From NCBI GenBank assembly GCA_964618905.1, contig CAZUDK010000001.1:13982-77981 (forward strand): 64,000 nt of DNA, read 5' to 3'. Within the stretch, counting starts at the first letter, position 1, and every line of letters begins with the position of its first letter. This DNA is from an uncultured Candidatus Saccharibacteria bacterium. Lineage in GTDB: Bacteria > Patescibacteriota > Minisyncoccia > Phycocordibacterales > Zambryskibacteraceae. The position numbers were made by a program, and so were the translations under genes. The notes under the pieces were generated by a model. That model worked only from the letters and a program-made list of their open reading frames with translations. It had not been told where the DNA came from and ran no database searches. This document shows positions 37,651 to 46,140 of the stretch, piece by piece.

Positions 37651-40380
37651 TTACCTCTTCTTTAAAACTCTGCGAAGATAAGTGCCGGTATGAGTATCCG
37701 TATTCGCAACTTCTTCCGGCGTACCTTTAGCCACCAACTTACCGCCTCCGACACCGCCTTCAGGACCAATATCAAGAATATAATCAGCACTTTTTACCAA
37801 GTCGAGATTATGCTCTATTACCAGAACTGTATTACCCTTATCCACGAGCTTCTGCAATATCTCTATAAGCTTTTTTACATCCTCATAATGCAGACCAATA
37901 GTAGGCTCATCGAGAAGATAAATAGTTTTCTGCAAATGCGGACGGTACAATTCCGATGCAATCTTTACGCGCTGAGCTTCCCCACCGGAAAGAGTTGTTG
38001 CAGACTGACCAAGCTTCAAGTAACCGAGCCCGACGTCACTGAGTGTTCTAAGCCTGTCATATATAGCAGGTATGTCTTCAAAAAATCCGAGAGCGTCTTC
38101 TACTGTCATCTCCAAGACATCATATATGGACTTTTGTTTGTATTTGACTTCAAGAGTATCTTTCATGAATCTCTTACCACCACAGACGTCACAAGGCACA
38201 TAAACTGTCGGCAAAAAGTGCATCTCCACAGCAATCTGTCCTGCTCCCTGGCAAGTCTCACATCTTCCACCTTTAACATTGAAAGAAAATCTAGAAGGCT
38301 TCCAGCCGCGAGCTCGAGCTTCTGAAGTTTCGGCAAACAATTCCCTGATGAAAGTGAAGGCTCCGGTATACGTTGCCGGGTTTGATCGAGGTGTCCTGCC
38401 TATCGGCGACTGATCTATCAAGATGGTCCGGCCTAGATACTCAGAACCGTCAAAACTCTGAGCGTTAAAAGTCTGAGCGCTCCTATGCTTCCTATCAAGC
38501 CGCGCCTGAAGATTCTTGTAGAGAATTTCATAGACAAATGACGATTTGCCGGAACCTGATACGCCTGTGACAACCACGAACTTGCCGAGCGGAATATCAA
38601 CATTGAACTTGTCTATATTGAATATCTTACCTCCCCTGATCTTAATACTTCCTTTATCTGATGTTCTTCTTGTCTCTGGTACATCAATCTTCTCTTCACC
38701 GCGCAAGTAAGAGAGGGTCAGCGAATTACTTTTGTTTTCTTTGGCTGTCAGAAGTGGCTCCAGAAAATCTGCCACCACCACTTCTCCGCCGTGACGACCT
38801 GCGCCTGGACCGATATCTACGATGTAGTCCGCAGAATAGATAGTGTCTTCATCGTGTTCTACCACTATGATGGTATTGCCAAGATCACGGAGATTTAAAA
38901 GAGTCTTTATAAGCCGGTCATTGTCTCTCTGATGCAAGCCGATGGTAGGCTCATCGAGCACATACAGCGCTCCGACAAGTCCGGAACCGAGCTGGCTGGC
39001 TAATCGTATGCGCTGAGCTTCACCACCGGAGAGAGTATGAGCGCGCCTGTCGAGCGACAAATATTCTATGCCGACATTGAGCATAAACTTTAGCCTCGAT
39101 TCTATTTCTTTGACAACCACTTTAGAAATATTCTTTTCTCTGTCTGAGAGTTTCAGCTTCTTTAGAAATTGATCTGCATCTTTTATAGAAAGCGCCGTGA
39201 ACTGGACTATGTTTTTACCACCGATTAGGACATTGAGTGCTTCTTCTCTCAAACGATCTCCGTTGCATTTCGGGCAAGGCTCTGTACCAAAAAGATACTT
39301 GGTGCCAAGGCCGTTACATTCCGGACAGGCTCCATACGGCGAGTTGAAAGAGAAGAGTCTTGGCTCTATGTCTGGAAATGAAAAGCCGTCCCGCGGGCAT
39401 GACCACTTTGCCGAAAGCAAGTGCTCTTGTTCATCTTCAGCATCCTTCTTCGCCTTTTTTCCGTCTGAGGTATCCCTAAAGCGAAGCACAAGCAATCCTT
39501 CAGATTCTTCAATGGCTTTTTCTATAGATTCGGATAATCTCTCGTCTGCGGTCTTCGGGTCTGTTTTGAATTCATCAATGCTTATAGCATCCACCAGCAC
39601 GGAGATTTCATGTTTCTTTGTCTTTGTCAGAGCTATTCTCTCTCGCAAAGACTTGCGCTGACCATCCACTAAAACTTCGCTGTATCCTTTGCCTAATAAA
39701 TCATAAAGAAGCTGGTAATACTCACCCTTCCTGCCGCGCACTATCGGCGAAAATATTTCGGCATATACCGGCAGAGGCAAATCTTTCTTTGGCAGTGATG
39801 CAGCTTTTTCGTTTATTTTTTCTAAGACGAAATTTTTTATTTCTTCGTTTGAGAGCTTTTGGATTTCATTGCCGCAAACCAGACAATGCGGGCGACCAAT
39901 GCGTGCAAACAAGATACGAAGATAATCATTTATCTCTGTGATAGTAGCCACGGTGGAACGCGGATTGTTGGAACGAGATTTTTGATCTATTGAAATAGCC
40001 GGAGAGAGGCCGATGATTTCATCGACATCAGGCTTTTGCATCTGGTTTAAAAATTGACGCGCATAAGAAGAGAGAGATTCTACATACCTCCTCTGCCCTT
40101 CTGCGAAAATCGTATCGAATGCCAGAGATGATTTGCCAGAACCTGATAAGCCGGTAATGGCTATCATTTTGTCGCGCGGCATCCGCACAGTGATATTTTT
40201 CAAATTATGCGTTCTTGCCCCACGCACTTCAATATACTCACCTTCCTTAAGGTTGCTTGCCCCGTAGGGAGCTTGCTCTCCTTTGGGGTGAGTGCGGGCA
40301 CCTTTAACAATTATCTTGCCTGCGCCGCTATCCTTCTGCGGTTTTTCGCTCTGTTTGTTTTCTTCTTTTTTCTTTGCCAT
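37651..40380 (-). CDS. uvrA: Excinuclease ABC subunit A
   Basis: GLSGSGKSS, GVSGSGKSS, two LSGGEAQR signatures, zinc fingers. Confidence 0.97.
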   Translation of the reverse strand: MAKKKEENKQSEKPQKDSGAGKIIVKGARTHPKGEQAPYGASNLKEGEYIEVRGARTHNLKNITVRMPRDKMIAITGLSGSGKSSLAFDTIFAEGQRRYVESLSSYARQFLNQMQKPDVDEIIGLSPAISIDQKSRSNNPRSTVATITEINDYLRILFARIGRPHCLVCGNEIQKLSNEEIKNFVLEKINEKAASLPKKDLPLPVYAEIFSPIVRGRKGEYYQLLYDLLGKGYSEVLVDGQRKSLRERIALTKTKKHEISVLVDAISIDEFKTDPKTADERLSESIEKAIEESEGLLVLRFRDTSDGKKAKKDAEDEQEHLLSAKWSCPRDGFSFPDIEPRLFSFNSPYGACPECNGLGTKYLFGTEPCPKCNGDRLREEALNVLIGGKNIVQFTALSIKDADQFLKKLKLSDREKNISKVVVKEIESRLKFMLNVGIEYLSLDRRAHTLSGGEAQRIRLASQLGSGLVGALYVLDEPTIGLHQRDNDRLIKTLLNLRDLGNTIIVVEHDEDTIYSADYIVDIGPGAGRHGGEVVVADFLEPLLTAKENKSNSLTLSYLRGEEKIDVPETRRTSDKGSIKIRGGKIFNIDKFNVDIPLGKFVVVTGVSGSGKSSFVYEILYKNLQARLDRKHRSAQTFNAQSFDGSEYLGRTILIDQSPIGRTPRSNPATYTGAFTFIRELFAETSEARARGWKPSRFSFNVKGGRCETCQGAGQIAVEMHFLPTVYVPCDVCGGKRFMKDTLEVKYKQKSIYDVLEMTVEDALGFFEDIPAIYDRLRTLSDVGLGYLKLGQSATTLSGGEAQRVKIASELYRPHLQKTIYLLDEPTIGLHYEDVKKLIEILQKLVDKGNTVLVIEHNLDLVKSADYILDIGPEGGVGGGKLVAKGTPEEVANTDTHTGTYLRRVLKKR
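40255..40287 (-). repeat. 33-bp imperfect palindrome in frame in uvrA
   Basis: CCCAAAGGAGAGC-AA-GCTCCCTACGGGGCAAGC encodes PKGEQAPYGAS inside GARTH|NLK. Confidence 0.7.
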
Positions 40381-40389
40381 AGCAGTTTG

Positions 40390-40409
40390 CCCCAGGGCTT
40401 GCCCTAGGG
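40390..40409. repeat. 20-bp palindrome in uvrA leader
   Basis: CCCCAGGGC-TT-GCCCTAGGG; same GCAAGC core and GGGGCAA end as the uvrA insertion. Confidence 0.55.
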
Positions 40410-40440
40410 TTAGACGTGGACACTATAGCATACTCTTAAA

Positions 40441-40449
40441 TTATCCACA
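40441..40449 (+). promoter_or_regulatory. Perfect DnaA box upstream of uvrA
   Basis: TTATCCACA. Confidence 0.4.
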
Positions 40450-40520
40450 TTGACCTAAAAAATAGGTAGAGTATTGTTGAGTTTAGAAGCACATCTCACC
40501 ACACTCGTCGTAGGAGAAAC

Positions 40521-40781
40521 ATGATTCGACCTGGTGAAGGCGGCACTCTCAAACGGTCTGCACAGAAGTACGTACCCAAAAACAGGAGGAAACGACTTCG
40601 TAGATGTGAGACATGCAACAAGCTTTGTTACTCCACCATGAAAGAAGCAGATAATGCTGCTTCTAGGTGGAATAAAAGAAATCCTTGGGAGAAAGAGAGG
40701 AAAGTATACCCTTGCGGAGAATTCTTCCATGTCGGCCGTCCGCCGGACACTGAGACACCTTCAACCGCAGAAAAATCATGA
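40521..40781 (+). CDS. Small basic Cys/His hypothetical protein
   Basis: AGGAG RBS; CETCNK.CY...VYPC...FH. Confidence 0.55.
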   Translation: MIRPGEGGTLKRSAQKYVPKNRRKRLRRCETCNKLCYSTMKEADNAASRWNKRNPWEKERKVYPCGEFFHVGRPPDTETPSTAEKS

Positions 40782-40934
40782 ACTTCATCCCCTGCCTCCT
40801 GTTGCTGTAAGTTAGCCTCTACGACACTTCGTCAAAGAGGTAAACCTATACTGCAACAGGAGGTGATCCATCAGGGCTGCGGGAAAGTTGCCCATACCCG
40901 CTGTATGCACAGCAAATAACAGAACCATTCACAA

Positions 40935-40954
40935 ACCCCGGCAGAAGCCGGGGT
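40935..40954. terminator. Hairpin terminator downstream of uvrB
   Basis: ACCCCGGC-AGAA-GCCGGGGT. Confidence 0.6.
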
Positions 40955-40965
40955 GCTATTTTTAT

Positions 40966-42984
40966 TTATTTTTTATCCAATCTGCTCTCAAGTACCTGTA
41001 TCTCATCCCGCAAAATGGCAGCAGTTTCAAAATCCAGCAATTTAACTGCTGCTTCCATTTCTTTTGTTTTTTGCTTTATCAGTTTCTTTGGATTCTTTTC
41101 GAGCATTTTCTTATCTGCTTCAAGCAAAACACCGACAGCTTGCCTATGCTCTCTCTCCAGAGTATCTGTAATATCCTTAACCTTCTTCATGATCGTCTTC
41201 GGAGTAATGCCATGCTCCTTGTTATATTCAATCTGTATTTTTCGGCGCCTTTCGGTTTCGCTTATAGCCCTCTCCATTGAACCTGTTATATTGTCTGCAT
41301 ACAAAATCACTTTGCCTTCAACATTTCTGGCTGCTCGGCCGATAATCTGAATAAGAGATGTTTCAGAACGCAGGAAGCCTTCTTTGTCGGCATCTAAAAT
41401 TCCTATAAACGTAACCTCAGGCAAGTCTAAACCTTCACGCAGAAGATTGACGCCCACTAAAACATCAAACTCACCCTTCCTGAACTTGGTAAGGATTTCT
41501 ATGCGCTCGATAGTTTTTATTTCGCTATGAAGATATTCAGCCTTTATTTTTTTCTCCTTGAGGAATTCACTCAAGTCTTCCGCCATTTTTTTGGTCAAAG
41601 TCGTAGCTATCACTCGCCCGCCTTTCTTCACAGCCTTACCAGCTTCAGCAATAAAGTCATAAACCTGACCTTTATAAGATCCTTTCTGCTGAATCGGTCT
41701 GACAGAAATTTCCGGATCGATAAGTCCTGTAGGGCGAATGACCTGCTCCACCACTTGCTCGGATTTTTCTTTCTCAAACTTTCCCGGAGTGGCGCTTGTA
41801 AATATGACTGGTCCAATTCTCTCCTCGAACTCTTCAAACTTGAGCGGCCTGTTGTCTTTTGCTGAAGGTAGGCGGAAGCCGTGCTCTACGAGTGTGTCCT
41901 TGCGCGCCTTATCGCCAGCATACATTGCCCCTATCTGCGGCACGGTTACGTGTGATTCGTCGATGATGGTTAGAAAATCCGGAGTACCATCTGTCTTGTG
42001 TGGAAAGTAGGAAAGCAAAGTATCCGGAGCTTCACCCGGCTTCTTGCCAGAAAAATGCCTTGAATAATTTTCTATACCATTGGTATAGCCAACCTCACGG
42101 ATCATGGCTAGGTCGTATGAAGTTCTGCGTTTGAGCCTTTCAACTTCCAAAATTTTACCCTCGGCTTTCATTTCCTCCAGACGCTCTTCCAGTTCCTGTT
42201 TGATGCTCGCCAGTGCTCTCTTCATCTGATCCTCGGCAGTTATAAAGTGCTTGGCCGGAAACAAAAAGAATGCTTCCGGTTCGGAAATTATTGAATGCGA
42301 CACTGCATCTATTTTCTTTATTGTATTTATCCTGCCTGCTTCTATTTCTATTCTGTAAAGATTTCTCTCCGAGACCGGCATTATTTCCACAGCATTGCCC
42401 AAGGCTCGAAAAGTGCCGGGCTTTAAATCTGCATTAGTTCGAGTGTAGTGAATATCTATAAGCTCGCGGATAAAATCAGCTCGCGAGATCGCCTGGCCTT
42501 TCTCTATCTTCATATTGACCTTCTCATACTCGGCCGGAGAACCAAGACCATAGATGCATGAGACGGAAGCTACGATGATCACATCTTTTCTTGTCAGGAG
42601 CGCCTGGGTGGAAGCATGGCGAAGGCGGTCTATCTCTTCGTTTATCATCGCTTCCTTTTCTATATATGTATCTGTTACCGGCATGTACGCTTCAGGCTGG
42701 TAAAAGTCGTAATAGGAGACGAAGTAATGCACAGCATTGTCCGGAAAAAATTCTCTGTACTCCTGGGCGAGCTGGGCAGCCAGAGTTTTGTTATGGGCAA
42801 TAACGAGAGTTGGTTTGCCGTAATTAGCTATGACATTGGCCGCTGTAAAGGTTTTGCCCGATCCAGTAACACCAAGAAGGGTTTGGTAATCAAAACCCTT
42901 TTCAAGACCTTCCGTTAGCTCCTTGATAGCCTTAGGCTGATCCCCTGCCGGCGGAAATTCGCTTTTGAGATTAAAAACTGACAT
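40966..42984 (-). CDS. uvrB: Excinuclease ABC subunit B
   Basis: GDQP, GVTGSGKT, YYDFYQPEAY, DESH, GRAARN; probable start ATG 42984. Confidence 0.97.
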   Translation of the reverse strand: MSVFNLKSEFPPAGDQPKAIKELTEGLEKGFDYQTLLGVTGSGKTFTAANVIANYGKPTLVIAHNKTLAAQLAQEYREFFPDNAVHYFVSYYDFYQPEAYMPVTDTYIEKEAMINEEIDRLRHASTQALLTRKDVIIVASVSCIYGLGSPAEYEKVNMKIEKGQAISRADFIRELIDIHYTRTNADLKPGTFRALGNAVEIMPVSERNLYRIEIEAGRINTIKKIDAVSHSIISEPEAFFLFPAKHFITAEDQMKRALASIKQELEERLEEMKAEGKILEVERLKRRTSYDLAMIREVGYTNGIENYSRHFSGKKPGEAPDTLLSYFPHKTDGTPDFLTIIDESHVTVPQIGAMYAGDKARKDTLVEHGFRLPSAKDNRPLKFEEFEERIGPVIFTSATPGKFEKEKSEQVVEQVIRPTGLIDPEISVRPIQQKGSYKGQVYDFIAEAGKAVKKGGRVIATTLTKKMAEDLSEFLKEKKIKAEYLHSEIKTIERIEILTKFRKGEFDVLVGVNLLREGLDLPEVTFIGILDADKEGFLRSETSLIQIIGRAARNVEGKVILYADNITGSMERAISETERRRKIQIEYNKEHGITPKTIMKKVKDITDTLEREHRQAVGVLLEADKKMLEKNPKKLIKQKTKEMEAAVKLLDFETAAILRDEIQVLESRLDKK

Positions 42985-42994
42985 GTGACGTATC

Positions 42995-44206
42995 TTACAC
43001 CTCTTTAACGTATTTCGACAAAAACTCTTTTTTGAATTCGTGGAAGTTTCCATCCAAAATGCTCTGGCGCATTCTTTTTACTAAATTGATGATGAAGTAA
43101 AGGTTGTGCATAGAGCCCAGTGTGCCGCCGAGCATCTCATGCGCACGGTAAAGATGACAGATATAAGCACGGGAATAATTTTGACACACTTCACATCCGC
43201 ACTCGGCATCTATAGGTCCAGAGTCTTCTCTGTATTCTGCATTTCTGATATTAATCTTTCCTCTTGATGTATAAAGAGTGCCTCCTCTGCCGTTTCTTGT
43301 TGGGGCCACACAGTCAAAGAGGTCCACTCCATTTTCCACACCCATAAAGAGGTCTTCCGGCTCGCCGATTCCAAGAAGATGCACTGGCTTTTCTCTCGGC
43401 AATATTTCATTAACCCATTTGACCGCCGTTTCCATATCCTCTTTGGCGAACGAGCCTCCGATGCCAAAGCCATCAAAGTCCAAGCCGCCAATAAATTCCG
43501 CAGACCTTTTGCGCAAAACCTCTTCCCTGCCTCCTTGAACAATTCCAAACAAAGCCTGATCTTCTGAATTAGACTTTGACTTATGATAATCGAGAGATTT
43601 CTTTGCCCATCTATGCGTCCTCTCAAGAGCTTCTTCCTGATATCTGAAATCCTCGGCCGGAGAAGTGCATTCATCAAAAGCAAATACCATGTCCGCGCCG
43701 ATATTGTGCTGTATCTCTATCGACTTCTCCGGTGTTATGTAGTGAAGAGAACCATCCAAATGCGATCGGAAAGACACGCCTTCGGAGCCGATTTCCGCAA
43801 GACGGGGTATCTCACCTTCACTGGAACGCTCGCGGAGCATTTGCGATGGCTCTGTTATTTTTACAACCTTGGAAAGCTCTTTTCCATAAGCAGCACCTAA
43901 AGAGAAAACCTGGAATCCTCCCGAATCGGTCATGGTTGGACCATCCCAATTCATAAATTTATTCAATCCACCAAGATTTTTAATTCTTTCAGCTCCCGGC
44001 TCTAAATAAAGGTGATAAGTATTAGCCAGTACAACTTCTGCGCCGACTGACTTAACTTGCTCTGGCGTCAAAGCCTTGACTGCCGCCTTAGTACCAACGG
44101 TAACGAAAGCCGGCGTATTGATCACTCCATGCTTAGTCTCCAGAGTACCAGCCCTGGCCAGCGATCCGGTCAATTTCTTTTGGATGTTGAATTTTATAGC
44201 ACTCAT
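42995..44206 (-). CDS. tgt: tRNA-guanine transglycosylase
   Basis: NTYHL, DSGGFQVFSL, FGIVQGG, HLLGIG, CGCEVC zinc site. Confidence 0.96.
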   Translation of the reverse strand: MSAIKFNIQKKLTGSLARAGTLETKHGVINTPAFVTVGTKAAVKALTPEQVKSVGAEVVLANTYHLYLEPGAERIKNLGGLNKFMNWDGPTMTDSGGFQVFSLGAAYGKELSKVVKITEPSQMLRERSSEGEIPRLAEIGSEGVSFRSHLDGSLHYITPEKSIEIQHNIGADMVFAFDECTSPAEDFRYQEEALERTHRWAKKSLDYHKSKSNSEDQALFGIVQGGREEVLRKRSAEFIGGLDFDGFGIGGSFAKEDMETAVKWVNEILPREKPVHLLGIGEPEDLFMGVENGVDLFDCVAPTRNGRGGTLYTSRGKINIRNAEYREDSGPIDAECGCEVCQNYSRAYICHLYRAHEMLGGTLGSMHNLYFIINLVKRMRQSILDGNFHEFKKEFLSKYVKEV

Positions 44207-44296
44207 TTGCCTCTACATTATCAAACTGTGTAATAAACACCTAGTTCAAACGTCGAAAGCCATCGGAAAGCACATACCAAACTTCAGGAGGCGCTG

Positions 44297-45031
44297 ATGC
44301 ACTGCTTGAAGAACCAAAACTCCAGAGAAGACAGAAGGAGAAGCAACGTCAGACTTCCCGGGCTAAGGATATATAGCTTGGGAATAGTAAGAGAGTCCAG
44401 AGTTGCTGAAGATGTATACATCAAGCACGATGAAGCCTTCAGCCACTATGACTCGGAAAAGTGGCAAACTGCTTACAGTCTGCACGAGCACTGCATCATC
44501 GTCTCAAGAGTTTCGGCAACTACAACTGCAGAAAGAGGTGGAGATGAAAAAGAGGTCTCGCTATCAAGAATAGCAGGACTCTTACATGATATAGGCAAGC
44601 TCAGTGAAGCCTGCCATATCTACCGCCTCAATCGCAAACTGAGCTTGGAGGAGAAGAGGAGGGTGAGCAAGCATGCACGGCTATCCTCTATCTATATTCT
44701 ATCAAGGCTGAGAAAGGTCAGACCGCAGGACAGGAAGTTTCTTAAAAGAGCCTGCGTGCCGATCAAGTGGCATCACAAGCCGTGGCGAGTGATTCGGCCG
44801 AGACTGCGAATGATTGCCTGGGACATAATGCTCTCAGACATCTTCACCGCCTTGATGGAGACAAGACACAGGCCGGGGCTCTCGCAGTTTGAAGCTATCG
44901 AAGCCTTGCCTGAAGTTGTTGCCAAGAAGGTCCCTCGACTTTTTCAATTCATCTTTGGCAGAGAGATCAAGTTGAGCATAGACGCTCTTACCAGACTTTA
45001 CGGAAAGGAGAGCATAGCACTTCTGCCATAA
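44297..45031 (+). CDS. HD-domain protein (HD-GYP-like, divergent)
   Basis: GGAGG RBS; H...AGLLHDIGK, H.RLS, WHH, DIFTALM..R. Confidence 0.65.
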   Translation: MHCLKNQNSREDRRRSNVRLPGLRIYSLGIVRESRVAEDVYIKHDEAFSHYDSEKWQTAYSLHEHCIIVSRVSATTTAERGGDEKEVSLSRIAGLLHDIGKLSEACHIYRLNRKLSLEEKRRVSKHARLSSIYILSRLRKVRPQDRKFLKRACVPIKWHHKPWRVIRPRLRMIAWDIMLSDIFTALMETRHRPGLSQFEAIEALPEVVAKKVPRLFQFIFGREIKLSIDALTRLYGKESIALLP

Positions 45032-45044
45032 TTCGAGGGAGCGG

Positions 45045-45072
45045 GCCGGGCCACATTGTGGCCCGGCTTTTT
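45045..45072 (+). terminator. Intrinsic terminator
   Basis: GCCGGGCCACA-T-TGTGGCCCGGC followed by TTTTT. Confidence 0.75.
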
Positions 45073-45098
45073 GCAACTGTCATACACTGATTATAAAT

Positions 45099-46103
45099 TT
45101 ACCTCTTCGTAATAATACTCTTCTTGTATACATCCAAATGTTCAAGGGCAACTCCCGTACCTTTTGCCACGCAATAGTAAGCATCATCAGCAAGCACTGC
45201 TTTTACTCCTGTCCTTCTGAGTACCAATTCCGGCAAATGCCTGAGCTGGGAAGAACCACCTGTCATAATGATGCCTCTGTCTATAATATCTGCCGAAAGT
45301 TCAGGCGGCGTCTCCTGCAAGACATCCTTAATAGCCTTAACCATTCCTCGAAGTTCCTTGGAAATAGCTTTGACTATTTCATTGGTCTTAAGCTCAATAG
45401 TCCGAGGCAAACCTAATATTGAATCCCGACCTTTTATCGGCATCACCAGCTCCTCATCCAAAGAAACTGCCGAACCTATTCGTATCTTGATATCCTCAGC
45501 CATCTTGTCTCCTATGGCTAAGTTGTAAACTTTTTTGATGTAATCTGCGATTGCCGCATCTATTTTATTTCCAGCAACCTTTACGGAAGTTGAAGACACT
45601 ATTCCTCCGAGAGAAATAACAGCCACGTCAGTAGTTCCCCCACCAATGTCCACTATCATGTGTCCCGCTGCTTCTTGAATTGGAATGCCTGCGCCTATAG
45701 CAGCCAGAATAGGTTCTTTAACAACATATGCATTTTTAGCTCCGGCTTTAATTGCCGCTTCGATAACCGCTCGGCGCTCTGTAGATGTGACACCCGCCGG
45801 CACAGATACAAGCACATCCGGCTTCCAGATATTCCATTTACCCAAAGCTTTATCTATATAATGCCTAAGCATCGCTTCAGTAACTCTATAGTCCGCTATC
45901 ACTCCGTCCTTCATCGGGCGATAAGCCACAATCTCATCAGGAGTTCTACCTACCATGGTCTTAGCTTCTGCTCCGACAGCTAAAATCCTATTATCATCTT
46001 CAGATACTGCCACTACAGAGGGCTCATTGAGGACGATTCCTTTACATGGAACGAACACCAGAATGTTAGTCGTACCGAGATCTATACCGAGTTTCTTTGC
46101 CAT
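45099..46103 (-). CDS. mreB: Rod shape-determining protein MreB
   Basis: GIDLGT, NEPSVVA, RPMKDGVIAD, DIGGGTT. Confidence 0.96.
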   Translation of the reverse strand: MAKKLGIDLGTTNILVFVPCKGIVLNEPSVVAVSEDDNRILAVGAEAKTMVGRTPDEIVAYRPMKDGVIADYRVTEAMLRHYIDKALGKWNIWKPDVLVSVPAGVTSTERRAVIEAAIKAGAKNAYVVKEPILAAIGAGIPIQEAAGHMIVDIGGGTTDVAVISLGGIVSSTSVKVAGNKIDAAIADYIKKVYNLAIGDKMAEDIKIRIGSAVSLDEELVMPIKGRDSILGLPRTIELKTNEIVKAISKELRGMVKAIKDVLQETPPELSADIIDRGIIMTGGSSQLRHLPELVLRRTGVKAVLADDAYYCVAKGTGVALEHLDVYKKSIITKR

Positions 46104-46140
46104 AAATAAGTGGATTACTTCACTATGATACTATAGCTCT

